This document shows, piece after piece, positions 1 to 12,584 of a DNA stretch of 64,000 nt (positions are counted from its first letter, which is position 1; every line of letters starts with the position of its first letter). Position numbers and translations under genes: made by a program. Location: positions 72,418,001-72,482,000 of the forward strand of contig NC_086108.1 in NCBI RefSeq assembly GCF_963921235.1. The letters are read 5' to 3'. The stretch is from Mobula hypostoma. Lineage: Eukaryota. The notes beneath the pieces were generated by a model that had not been told where the DNA came from, did no database searches, and saw only the letters and a list, made by a program, of their open reading frames with translations.

Positions 1-1699
1 TTTATAAATTTCAAAAATGTGGTATTTGCTTCCAATAAAACAGTTATATCTTCTGTCATCTGTAATATTCACAGCATTAATTCTGACTGTAATTTTCATC
101 TGGAATCTTTATGTAATTCTAAAATGTTGATTTTATTGGGCATCATTTAAAGCTAATGAGCAGTTTCTGAGGAAGAACTATATTCAGCGGAGGATTGTCA
201 ACACGATGATTAGTAATAAGAGAAGTTTTCTTTTCTGCATCAAGTGGTTGATGGCAGAAGGGGAGTGGTTGAATCAAGTTCAACAGGAGTTTTTAAAAAG
301 ACAGTTGGCTATTTACTTGAATGCAAAAGTGCTTCAGTGTTATTGGAGAATCTATCAGTGACTGGAACTGAATGGCTACCTTTTTCAAAGATTAGTGGGC
401 ATGATGGGCAAAAGTCCTAATTCTATAATGTAGGAAGATATTCTGGCAACTAGACATTTTTCAACAGTACACACATGTTTTGATCTTTGAGCCTTGTGGT
501 CATTACTGCACGGTCATCTCTTTGGTCTACTTTAGTTACAATAGCACAAGTTCTTACTGTAAGAACAATACCAAAAGCTCAGACTTGTTCTTTAAAGACT
601 TGTGCCATCAGTCTGGCGGTGGAAAGTGTTTGAGGTCCTGGAAAATTAGATCATCCACATTGGTGATAGTGAAGTATCTAATTTTGTAGGTGTATTTACT
701 GGAGTTGAAATTTTAAAAAAAGTTAGCACTGCACAGAGTTCGATCGCTTGTATATCAAATATATAAAATATTTCTACAATTATTTTATGTTTTAAGTGAT
801 ATTATTCTGAATTAATGGAAGGATTTAATCTTTAATAAAAGATTAGCCAATCTCAATTATGATTTTCTGGAAATAAATCCATGTAGTTAGAACAAGAAGC
901 TTGTTTTGATTGTTGGATTTCACTGATGTGCTTGTCCGAGATTGTCTGCTACATCACTTGACACTGCAGTGCTGAAGCAATAGAGGCTGACCGCTGACCG
1001 CTGAATGCTGCCATTGTGCAACTTTGTAAAACCAGAGTATGTTTTGGCACAATTTGGTGTTCTGTGAGATAGAACTGAAGCCAGCTGAAGATTGATCACG
1101 GCAACTGTTGCAGAGTGAAAGAAGGGCTTGTGCTTCAACTGAAAGATAAATTTGGATAGGGCAAAAATTATTCTTTCACTTTCTGTAATCTTTCATTTAT
1201 TGTCATTAATGAAAATAGTTTGTTGCTTTAAATGGACCGTAGCTTGTGAAATATGTGCATCATTGAAGATGTTATCCTAGTACACATTTCCTGCCAGTCT
1301 CTGACCATAGGACATGAATCTGGATCACAGACAATTTTCTTCTTGGAGGCTGTCAAATTAGTTATATACAAGTTATTCTTTTCAATAATTTCTCCTTTAT
1401 TGAAATTTACATTTTCCATTATCTCTTGCCCATCCACATTAATCCTAAGATTTAGGGACAAGAGGGACCAGGCTCCAATTTACAAGGACGTTAGTGATCC
1501 ATGATCTGAAAATAAACATACACAAAGTACTGCGGATGCTGGAAGTCCAAAATAAAATGGAAAATTCTAGAAATACTCAGAGATAATGTTTGGGGTGGAT
1601 GGCCTTTCATTACGATTTAGAATGGTGGGTTGTATAATTTTGAACAATGTGTGGATATGCACTGGACAGGGTGCTGTTACAGACGTAAGATAAATCTTC

Positions 1700-2580
1700 C
1701 AGAGAGAGACATCACAGAAAGCACCTGGCTCAGGAGGTGTCCCTGGCCATACCCTTAGATACTGTGCAAATTAGCTGGCCCGGTTATTTGCAGACATTTT
1801 TCACCTTTCCCTGTTTCAATCTGTGATTCCCACCTTTTTTAAGAAGAATACTGTCATCTCAGTATGCAAGGGAAAAAAAACACAGGATTACATGCCTTAA
1901 TAACTGCAACACACACAAAATGCTGGAGGAACTCAGCATGCCAGGCATCCCTCCAGCATTGTGTGTGTGTGTGTGTGTGTGTGTGTTGCTCGGATTTCCA
2001 GCATCTGCAGATTTTCTCTTGTTGTGCCTTAATAACCAGTGCCTGGTGGCTTTGACATCTACCACATGAAGTGGACCCAGATATCTTGCTGACCACCAAA
2101 ACTCGTATACAGTTGATGCCACCTCCCTGGCCCTACACTCATCCCTGGAGCAACTAGACAATAAAGACATCTATGTTAGACTATTTATTGTTTACAACTC
2201 TGCCTTCAAAATCTTGGAGCATTTTGGACACATCTCAGCAAGTCACATCAACCAATCTCCTGTCCGTGGACTCTGTCTACACTTTTGTCTGCTTTGTAAA
2301 AGCAGCCAGCGTATTCAAAATCTCCGCTCGCATGGGATATACTCTCTTCTTACTCACTCCCCCTCACCCCCGCAAAGGAAGAAGATCCAGAAAGCATGTG
2401 TGACTAGGCTCAAGGATAGATTTCACCCCACTGTTAGAAGATGACTGGATCCCTAGTAAAACAAAATGGACTCTTAATTCCTTGTTCTGCATTCAGTTTT
2501 CGCTTTACTGTTTCCAGTTCAGTCTTAATATATTGCGGTAATGAAGTGATCTGTATGAGCTGTATGCAAGACAAGTTTTA
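1700..2580 (+). mobile_element. Rex1/Babar-like non-LTR retrotransposon, decayed RT fragment with internal deletions (interrupted at 1905-2024)
   Basis: Broken frames resemble Rex1-type RT (KAPG..GVPG, ADIFHLSL, VRLFIVYNSAF). The sequence is similar to the other Rex1-like copies at 54020-56080 and 12585-13985. Confidence 0.6.
1905..2024. mobile_element. Short fold-back insertion derived from PLE 3' terminus, with expanded (TG)n
   Basis: Inverted arms GCAACACACACAAAATGCTGGAGG / CCTCCAGCATTGTGTG..TGTTGC. Perfect 12-bp flanking direct repeat TGCCTTAATAAC at 1893-1904 and 2025-2036. Confidence 0.8.
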
Positions 2581-2829
2581 GAATAAGCACCGGGGGAACA
2601 ATCTGAGCTGAAAAGTATGGGTTAGTTAAATACTTTACTTTACTTGATACTTAATAGTTCATCCTTTGGCAGGCATGGAAACAAGAATCAACATAGCATC
2701 TTCTTGCTGCAAGTTTCTATAATTCACCCAAGTGTTCATATTTAATAATATTGAAATGATTTCATGCATTTTCTATGGTCAAATGTGGTAGAAATCCAAA
2801 TTAAATGTTGCTAAGTTGAAGAAGAGTAA

Positions 2830-3290
2830 ACAAAAACGAGAAGTGCTGGAAGCAATCGGCAGGTCAAGCAGGAAAGGTGGACGGTTAAATAGTTAAATTT
2901 CAGGTCCAGACCTTTCATCAACACCGGGGAAGAGAGGGAAAACAAGTTTTAGTAGCAAAGAAGATGGGTCAAGAATGGGTTGATAAAAAGCATATCTTTG
3001 AAAAGGTGAGTCCAAATGGGCTAATGCCCATAGTCTCACTATTGACAACGCATACTTTGCAGGCATCTGTCCCATTAACAGATCTGGACTTGCTCTGACA
3101 GAAATATTCCCTCTGTTCTACTCATCCCCCTCTCACCTCTTCTGTCTGAACTAATTTGTTCCCCTCTGTATCTGTTCTGATGAAGTGTTCCAAACCTGAT
3201 ACATTAATTCTGTTTAGCTTTCCACAAATGCTGAATGACCCATGAGTATTTCCAGTATCTTTTATTTCAAATTTCCAGCAGCTGTAGTTT
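2830..3290. mobile_element. Older, diverged inverted pair of PLE 3'-terminal modules
   Basis: Left arm (AAGTGCTGGAAGCAATCGGCAGGTCAAGCAG...CCTTTCATCA) is the reverse complement of the right arm type (TTCTGATGAAG...TGCTGAATGACC..GAGTATTTCCAG..TTTCCAGCAGCTGTAG). Confidence 0.55.
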
Positions 3291-5407
3291 TTTAATAAAA
3301 AAATAACGGAAGTGTGTCTGTGAGGGTAAGTGTTAAATCAAAGAAGTTCTTGATTGATCGAATTAAAAAAACATTTTCTGACATGAATGCAAATACTTCT
3401 ATTTCTGCTTTTGTTTGGTCAGTGGTTTTTCCTCTTTAGCTACTCTGAACAAGTCAGAAGAAAGAAAATTTGCGAAAAAGAAATTTTCATCAACTGTGGT
3501 TCATCACTCAATCAATGGTTTATAGGTTTTTTCCCCCACAAGGGAGGTACTGTAATGAGAAATCTGCAGAAGTTGCCTTTTACAGTCTATGCTATGGGAA
3601 CATTTTATGCAACATTGTCATAACTTGGTTACATCATTGGATGTGTATTGTCATCAGGGCAATTTTGTTGGATTTTCGAAGAAGTCCTGTTATAAATAAC
3701 ATTCTGTTTCTATTCATTATATCCAGTTATGGTCGAAAATACTTGCATGGTATTTAGGACTGCATTTAGCATTTGAAGTGTTTTGCCTTAAAATCAAAAA
3801 TACTGTTGGAGAGGCGAATGAGATATATTTAGAACTGTGGAAAATAGTATTGATTACCTCTGATTAATCTTGATCTAAGATTTGTACTGGTTTCATTTAT
3901 AAATCATCTCAGTTATTAAATTTGGCATTCCTTCATTTGAAGTATTTGTTAATTAATAGTGCTGGAGGGACTGCAGGTGGGGGTAAGCCTCTAACATTGT
4001 GGCTTCGATTCTTTCACTTGCACTTTGTTTATGTATAGCTCTTTACTGGAAGAATCGCTGAACTGATCCTATAGTTTCATGTGTGCTTTAAACTTGGATT
4101 ATCTTCTGTGTATAGATTTTGAGTATAGTTGGGACAGAAATCGAAAGTGTAGCTTCACGTTACAAAATCTCCACGTAGAGTCTTGTTGCTACCTCTCTAT
4201 CCATTTCACTGTTCCAGATCCTATCGACCTTCATGGTTTCCCTCATTTTCATCCAGCCTGACAAAATGATTGTTCTTGTGTCCTGATTATTATGTAACTT
4301 GTTAATTTTTCTGAAGGTCTGTCTTCTGGTTGCCTGAAACATATTAAGTATGTGAATTGTCAGGAAACACAATTATTTTGGAATTGAAGGACCTTTTAAA
4401 GTGTCTGCATATATTTGAATTAAGTATGTTCAAATAGTTACAAAGCAGTTTTGATACTAAAATAAGAGGACTCTATCAATATGGTCATCTTGATCACTGC
4501 ATTGACTGCTTTACGAAATGCTTCTGAGCATTTAAGGTGCATTTTTTCATTTATAGTACTGTTTTAATCAATTTTTATTGTTCTTCCATAATTATTTCAC
4601 TGAGTGCAGTAGACTTATTCGAATTACTGCATCACCTCAGTGGGATCTAGCCAGAATTTGTTAACTCTCTGCTTACAAATCTTAAATAGGAGCTTGTGCA
4701 TACCTGCGCTGGAGGAAGTGATTCTTATATTCTAGTCATCAACAGATGTTGCTGTCTGCTCTTCTTTTAGTTAGTAATATTCTCCTAAAAGTGAAGTTAG
4801 ATCATCACTGGTGGCATTCGGTTTTGGTCAAAACTGAAAATGATGATTCTAGTTGACTTATCTGATTTGTATGCAGAAAATGCTGCAAGTGTGGTCATTT
4901 TAAAATCCCTGAAAACTGCTGCAATTAAAACAAAGTAATTTCCAGAAACTTCTGGGAGGAATTGTTCAATGAGTGTAAGTAGTGGTCAAGATTAGAATTT
5001 TTGTTTACTAAGTATGAACATGTTACCAGAATACTGAGAGTATTCTAATTAAATCTAATATAACTTTCTCCTTTTCCCTTGGTGACTGAAAATTGTGGAG
5101 CTATCTGACCCATTTACTGTTTGTAACAAAGTAGAAGAGAAAATGTGAGTATGATGTATAGTTTGAGTCCAATAATAAACAAAATACATTTTCTTGCATT
5201 CTGCTGTCATATGTGGTTACTCATCTAAACAGAGTGTCATTAAAGACTGTTCAATCTTAAAGGTCAGATGAAGCTGGAATTGAACCATCTTGTGGGAAGG
5301 AAGGTTAAGTGTTTCTGTGATAACATTGTACAGAAGTACAGCAAGCTGGGATTTTCCTTTATGGGTCAATAATTGATCAGAATTAGAGCAGCATGAGAGC
5401 TGTAAAA

Positions 5408-6502
5408 CAGTGGATTCTGGTTCACTGGGACATATCGGGACCCGTACATTTTGGCCCAATTAAGCAGCTGCCCCAATTAGCCGAAGTACATCGCAGTAGT
5501 TAAAAAGGCATAAAAAAGACAAATTACGGTTTAATTGAGTGAAAATTATGTATTTAAAAGAAATGTAGGAAAAAAAATTAGAAATCTACCAATACTACTA
5601 CAAAGCTGCATATTAGTTCCTAGTATTGTATTTATAGATGGAGAAATTCTTCGAGTGCATACTGCCATGTTTTGACTCTAAATGAACAAAATCAGTGCAG
5701 GTGCCTAGTGCCGATAATCAAACCTATTATTGATTCATTACTTTCTTTGGACCTGATAGTTTTGCGTGTTTGTAGCCAAGGGAACTGTTTAGCATAGTAT
5801 GATTTTCTTAAAGGCTGTTTTAGATACGTTCTGCACAATTTTTGAAACAAGTCAGAATTTTGTAGATTTTCAGGTTTCTGCACTAACAGCATCAGCAGTA
5901 TCTACTTCTCTGCTTTCTAAAATTTAAAGTAATGCCAACATTTCCATTGCTTTAAAATCTTCATGACCCAGCTTCTTGGCTGTTTCCTCTGACTTTCTGA
6001 CTTGTTTTTCTAACACTGGTCCACTGACATGCATATCTCACCCAACCACCCTGTTACAATGGAAAACCATTCATTAAGGTCCTCTTCAACGGCTAGATCC
6101 TACCTTCATGCTTTCATTTTTTGGTTGTTCCCTGTTGTCCTTTCCTTAAGCCCATTCTTCTTGCAGTTTATCTTGCTGATGTATCAAGAGTTTACTTGTA
6201 GATTTTGTCATTCCAGTTACCTCTGCCAGCTGAAGATGAGTGGTGTTAGGTGGATGGGTTTTAATTTGGGCCAGTAGGGTAATCATTTGGCTAGTGTCAA
6301 ATCTTTTTGTTGCATCTTGGCAAGGGTCGGAATTTTTTTGAAGTCAAAATAAAAAAAAACAAAATTATCAAGAGAGACTGCTTTTTGAATCAGTGCCCAT
6401 TAGCTCAAATGGATAAGCATGGTGTAATGCCTAGTGGTCATACAAATGCGCACGACTGACAGTAGTTAGAAACTGTTTGGCAACTGTCTCTTGTCCCAAT
6501 TA
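5408..6502. mobile_element. Tigger/pogo-like DNA transposon remnant (Tc1 inserted near its right end)
   Basis: Begins CAGTGGATTCTGGTTCACTGGGAC with repeated CCCAATTA sub-terminal motifs (5455-5480). The same motif GTCCCAATTA recurs at 6493-6502. Family assignment is from terminal resemblance only. Confidence 0.4.
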
Positions 6503-7950
6503 CAGTGCCTTGAAAAGGTATTCAGCCCCCAGAAATACTTTCACATTTTACTGTCTCATTTTCTAAATTTAAAATATATTGCATTGGGATTTTTTTCAGC
6601 TAATCTATGAAACATTGTGTTTTATGTCACATCAAAAGAAAAATCCAAAATCTGTCAACAATTTACAAAAAACTAAAAACCAAAATTGAGACTAAAAATT
6701 ATTCATCCCCTTTGTAGTTACTATTTCCTCAGGTGCAATATTGTATATTATCTACTCACTCAATGTGATGATGTAAGAAATTGGAGGATCAGTTGAATAA
6801 ATACATATTCTCTTTATGGTCTAACAGTATGGTAGATTTTCAATAGACCAAATCAAAATGAAGACCAGCATTCAAGACAAGTCAGTGAAATGATGGTAGA
6901 GCAGCACAGCTCTGGGGAAGGGTACAGGACCATCTCAGAGGCACTGAACATGCCTCAGACCTCAGTGCAGTCCATCATAAAAAAAGCAGAAAAAATATGA
7001 AACCACAGCCACGCTACCTAGGTCAGGCTGCCCCTCTAAATGTGGTCGCTGGTGAAGAATTGAATTTATAAGAGGCTACTGTGATGCCAGCAGTCACTCT
7101 GAGTGAGCTGCAGAGGTCATTGGCTGTGACTGGAAATGAAGTTAGTGGCTCCACAATCCTTGAGGCCTTGCACAGAAAAAGGTAATTATAGAAAAATGGC
7201 CAGGAAGAAGCCCTGGATAAAAAAAAATGCATCCTTTCCTGTAAAGACTTTGCAAAGCATCAGTTAGAAGACATGTAAAGATGTGGGAGAAGGTCTTGTT
7301 GTCAGATGAGACTAAAGTTGAACTTGGCCTCAAAACAAAGCCGTACGTGTGGTGTAGTTCTAATATTGCACATCACCATCCCTACTGTAAAGAATGGTGG
7401 AGGTAGCATCATGCTGTGGGGATGCACTTCAGCAATAGGGACTGAAAATATGGTCAGGATTAATGGGAAGAAGAATGCTGCTAACTACAGAGAGATCCTG
7501 GATAAAAGCCTGCTAGCCTCTGCCAGAAAGCTTAAACTGGGGAGGAAATTCGTCTTTCAGTAGGACAATGACACAAAGCACTCTGCCAGAGCAGCCATGG
7601 AGTGGCTTCAAATGAAGAAAACTGATGTCCTTGAGTGGCCGAGTCAGAGTCCTGACCTTAATCTGATTGAGCATCTCTGGCAAGACCTCAAGATTGCTGC
7701 CCATCGTTGCTGTCTAACGAACCTCACACAGCTTGATCAATTTTGCAAGGAGAAATGGGCAAATCTTGCTCCATCATGTTGTGCAAAAGTAGTAGAGACA
7801 TAACCAAAAAGACTGCTGACTCTAATAGCTGTAGAGATTGTTTAACTAAGTACTGAGCAACGGAGGTTGAATGCTTTTAAACTGCTGACATTTCAGTTTT
7901 TGGATTTTTAGTATTCCATGCTTTACAATTTTCCCTGTTTTTTTTTAAAA
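6503..7950 (+). mobile_element. Tc1-family DNA transposon, decayed transposase (DD34E type), right end interrupted
   Basis: TA followed by CAGTGCCTTGAAAAGGTATTCAGCCCCC left terminus, with an inner repeat near 6695 (AATTATTCATCCCC). Frames give SDETK (~7302), [23 protein letters not shown] and LEWPSQSPDLNLIEHLW, with frameshifts and stops. Confidence 0.9.
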
Positions 7951-8320
7951 TGATATCTGCTGTTGACCTGTTGAGATGGTAGGCAAATTGGAGTGCCTCC
8001 AAATCACTCCTCAGGCAGGTGCTTGTGTATTTTGTCTCCAGCCTCTCAAAGCACTTCATTACAGAGGATGTAATTGCTGCTGGATAATGGTCATCAAGGC
8101 AGGTTACTATGCTCTTGTTGGGCACTGATACAATTAGAGTGAGAGGTTAAAGATATCAGTTAACATTTCAGTACTCAGCCAGGTAGTCTGTCCAGGCCTG
8201 ATGTTTTCCATGGATTCCCCCTCCTGAAGGGTGCTCTCACGTTGGCCTCAGAGATTGAAATCACAAGATCGTTGGGGCTTGGGGAGTTCATGAAGGCGTC
8301 TCCATGTTTTGTTGGTCAAA
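7950..8320 (-). mobile_element. Rex1/Babar-like RT fragment
   Basis: ORF 7877-8125(-): VTCLDDHYPAAITSSVMKCFERL...LQFAYHLNRSTAD. Confidence 0.75.
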
Positions 8321-8829
8321 GTGATGATGCGGGATGATGCAAATTTTTAAAGCTTAACTTTTGAGAGGGACAGTGGAAAGCTGGTGTCTGGATACAATAA
8401 TCAATGAGTGTTTTTTTCACCTAGTGATTAGGTAAAGAACCACATTAGAAACTAGTGCTTTGTGTTCTTTGACTTAACCGTAGATGAAGTTTGGACCTTT
8501 TGCCAATAAGAGATGCCTGGCTTATCTGGAAGTGAATCCTGAATGTTGAATTGTTTATAACTTGGCAATTTCACTAAAAGAATCTCCAGTGTTTGACAAC
8601 AAGAGTGCTGCATAGAGGAAATGTTTTTTGTGTTGTTTTTGATGAGGAGAACATCATAATGGCACTTGATGAAAAATACAAGGAAATATCTTCTCTGAGT
8701 GTTAGCATATTACACAGCTAACAGATTAATTGAATATGCCACAGGTTTCATTTACCAATTGTATTCATGACAGACAAATATGAACTTTATATTAATCTCA
8801 CTTTGTTTCAGGCATAGAGCATTGTATGT

Positions 8830-9380
8830 TGTCTCTTCTCCTTGTATGGGCATCTAGGTAGTTTTAGAAATCTGCTTCTCCCACTATTCATTATCACCAA
8901 GTTCCAATCTCCATTACAAGGAAGTGACTGTGTTCCCTCAATTCACTTTTAATTCTACTTCAATCTTTATCTCTTCCTCTCTGCTGATGAAGAAATATAA
9001 ATTACTTTTACAGCCTGTTGGCCATGCCTTATTGCATACTGCTCAGTTAAATATCCCTGGTTCTCTTTTATCGAGAAGAAAACAAACCGAACTTCACCAG
9101 TATTGGGGGTACTCCGTTCTTTCCTGTAGTTTAGTAACTACAATGTACAAAGTACTCAAGCTAAGGTCTGACTTGTACTTTTATAGAGCTGCGGTGTGAT
9201 CTCCCTGCTTTTGTATCCTGTACCTCAGGCAATAAAAGCAAGTACCTTGCAATCTGTCTTATCCACCTTCATTAATCATACATTCCAAAGTTTTCTGTTA
9301 TTATTATTATTATCTTGAGACCCTATCACTAATTATGCATTGTTTCCTCTTCTCAATGGCATTACTTCACTCTACTTCAG
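8830..9380 (-). mobile_element. Ancient CR1 LINE 3' fragment
   Basis: Degenerate similarity to the reverse complement of the CR1 RT C-terminus (e.g. TACAATGTACAAAGTACTCAAG...ATCTCCCTGCTTTTGTATCC). Confidence 0.45.
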
Positions 9381-9819
9381 GTTGAATAGATTCAGCATGT
9401 TTTAGCAATCAAATTGATTTACCACACTGATAAATAATAGAATAATTAAAGCCACTGGCTGAGTTAAAAGTTGAATGCATCAGCATTTTCTTCGAGTAAT
9501 GTATTCAACTATTGCTCCCAAGTTTCCACATTTCTTTACCTTGGAATGAATCCAGTTCTAAATCAGCATCTTTCATAATGTTGAAAAGCAAATAGCAAGA
9601 AATCATATTATCTCTTCCTTTCTCAATGGTCTTAAACACTAAAGTATGTGTCTCTCATTGTAATTATTCCTTTAGGCATGGTTCTACTTTCTCGTGCTTC
9701 AATCCTATACAGTTTAGTCTAGAAATAACATAGTTTTCATGTAAAAACATTAAGTATATCTTCCTGTTATTTCAACAGTGGTACAAATCCATTCAGCTGG
9801 TAATATTTTAACATCTGGG

Positions 9820-10112
9820 AGCAAAGGTTGTGGCTCTGAGCCTGTTCCTTAAACTTCGATCCATAACAGTACTATATGAAGGGAGAGCTGCACTGTCAAA
9901 GGTATTAAGTCAAGGACCATGGCATTATTTTGCCGGTATATATCCTTCAAATAAATTATCTCACCATTGAAATGTTGCTATTTGGAAATTGGTTTAGCGT
10001 GTCCTAGAATATTAAAAAAATGATCACATGACACAAGTTCTTCATTGGTTAATAAAGTCTTTGCTATATCCTGAGTTTAGGAAAAGTACCATATAAATGT
10101 AATTCTTCCTTT
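9820..10112 (+). mobile_element. DeuSINE-like (AmnSINE1/SacSINE1-type) SINE, decayed
   Basis: GAAGGGAGAGCTGCACTGTC..CCATGGCATTATTT..TATCCTTCAA..ATTATCT..TTCATTGGTT..CCATATAAATGTAATTCTT matches the order of Deu-domain and tail motifs as I recall them. Confidence 0.6.
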
Positions 10113-10260
10113 TGTGCTGTCATTTCCTGAGCGTAAATTTTAGCTAATTTCATTGAACGATCCTACTGTAGGTTTTTACAGAACTGTTGTAAATACTCCT
10201 GAAAATTGCCCTTCATCTTGTTTTAGAACACATTGGAATTTCAGGTTATGAAGCATTAGA

Positions 10261-11027
10261 TAAAAATGATCGAATGCTTTCCCAGCATGGGCTTCCTGTC
10301 GGGTACAGGTATTGATTTTAACCAACATTTCAATGACAAACTCTGCCATCTTCATCAGCAATGATGCCTAGGCATGTCCAGGCTGGTGGTATTTATACCC
10401 CTGTCATTCATCGCTCCTGATTGGTTAGTCCTCATCCAATCAGGTTTCTGCTGTCCTACCTTGTTACAATCAAATTCAAGTTCTTACTTTGAACAATACC
10501 TTCGTCTTCATAAAATTCCTTTCCTCTAGTTTTACTTACAATGGCTTCCTTCACCAAGCAGTCCCAAAAGCCATTGGTCTAGCACAGTAGTTTTGTGCCA
10601 TGGAAACCTGCATCAAGGAACACAGGAGGTGTATCCGTTTGGGTTACTTGAAGAAAATAGTGGTAGTAGAACATTGCATTTGCAATGGCCGTGGGATTGA
10701 CTTTGACGGCACAGTACTACAGTGGCAAGCCAATGGGTTTTAGGACTACCTGGTGAAGGAAGCTGTTGAGATAAAACTAGAGGAAAAGAATTTTCACAAA
10801 GACGAAAGTCCTGCTCTAAATAAGAACTGGGATTTAATTGTAAACAAGGTGGGACAGTGGAAACCTGATTAGATGAGGAGAAGCCAATCAGGAGGGACAG
10901 ACGAGAGGGTGTGTATGTACTACTGGGCTAGTCATGCCTAGGCGTCATCCCTGATGAAAATGGCATTGAAAGAGTTGGATAAAATCAATATCTGTGCTCT
11001 GCTGGAAGTCTGAGAAAAGTTTATTCT
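10261..11027 (+). mobile_element. Penelope-like element: GIY-YIG endonuclease C-terminal fragment with inverted terminal duplication
   Basis: From 10600 the frame reads METCIKEHRRCIRLG..VVEHC..GRGIDFD..F*DYLVKEAVEIKLEEKNFHKDES..LNKNW. Left arm ~10290-10599 is the reverse complement of right arm ~10707-11010. 10-bp direct repeat AAGCATTAGA at 10251-10260 and 11028-11037. Confidence 0.8.
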
Positions 11028-11735
11028 AAGCATTAGAGAATCAGTATCTGATCTCTTTAGTGAATACTGTTGCTTAAAGGATATTTGAAGTTATTCTGAA
11101 CTGGGTGAAAGATTTCATTGGCATCCAGCAAAATAATCTGTCTTGTTTGTACTGCAGCTAATAACAGGCAAGATGTTTCACACTTGGTTCAAAGGAAAGA
11201 CAAATCAATTGTAAAGGAGACATATGGTTATTAAAGTGTTACTGACAAAGATAGATTTAAACCTTAGCAGTACATTATCCTATTATGAGTTTCCAGTAAT
11301 TGAGAAATGTTTGGGAGAATTAATGGAGTTTGTTGTACATGTGTCCCTGATCCCAAATGGAGCAGCTTAATCAGGTAGAGAATTTGCTGGAGCCATTACA
11401 GATTGTAACGGCAACCATGAATAAAGAAGGGAAAGACCAGCCATGCTTTCAACGTCACATATCTATTCAGTATTCCAAGCTAAATTTCGCTGTTGTGAAA
11501 TTTTAGTTCTCTTGAGAAATTAATTGTGCTCTTGAGTTAGACAGTTAACTCTACAGGGAAATGAGTTTGTATAGAAACCGGGTGACTATATTTGTCTGGG
11601 ACATTATGAAAGCTGAATAGATTTCAGGTCCACTTTTGTATGTTCAAATAATCCATAAGGTATGTAGATAGTGTCTTCAATTTTAAATATTTTTCTGTAG
11701 TGGCAACAAAATCTAAAAATAATTTTGTTACATGA

Positions 11736-11975
11736 CACAGGGTATCAAGGCCTAGTCTTTGAAGCTTATTGATTAATTTTGAGGGGTTGATAGAGTTGAA
11801 TGCAGAGCTATAGTTAATAAAGAGCATCTTGATGTATGCATCTTCACTATCCAGATGTTCCTGGGTTGAGTTGAAGAGCCAATGAAATGCTGTCTACTGT
11901 TGACCTGTTGTGATGGTGGATCCAAGTCACTCCTCAGGCAAGAGGTTATATGTTTCATGATCAACCTCTCAAAGT
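11736..11975 (-). mobile_element. Rex1/Babar-like RT fragment
   Basis: ORFs give MKHITSCLRSDLDP and [27 protein letters not shown]. Confidence 0.75.
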
Positions 11976-12584
11976 GTCGTAGCTAATAATTTAAAAACTA
12001 AAATAACTGGAGCCCAGAACATTCACCCTCTTACGACTCAAACATAATTATTTTACTGGTGCTAAAGGAGAGCAGCATGGACACTGTCATCCACACTGTT
12101 CTGAAGCCTGGATAGAAAGCAGCTGTTTATACAGTATTGGATTATCAGTTATGGATAATGGCCATTTGTTAAATTATATATGTTTGAATTCTTTACTAGC
12201 AAGATCAATTGTCATTCACAATAGAAGTGTTCAAAGTCAATTGAAACTTCCAGCTGACAGCCAAATATATTTTTAAGCTAGAAAAGCAATTGTTGCTGGG
12301 TGTATTTCACATCCCTTCTTTAGTCCTATCTTGTCTGTCTCTGTCACTCCCTATTCTGTAAAGGGAAGCTGCTGCATGTTCTTCAAGGTTGATTGCACAC
12401 TGCATAGTCATTCCCACCTATCTGTCCGCAGTCAGCGAGATGGGCTCTTGCGGTTTCACTTCAAAGATCTCCCTTGTTTGGGTTTGACCCTGCACCACTG
12501 CAGTCATCCTCATCTGGATGTTGTCTCTAACCCTTGCCTTACTGTAACACATCACAATGCACGTAATTGCTACTTGAACGATAG

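Noticed and set aside
8345..8376. Possible right TIR of the Tc1 (AACTTTTGAGAGGGACAGTG)
   Set aside because: The match to the reverse complement of the left TIR is weak and there is no flanking TA.
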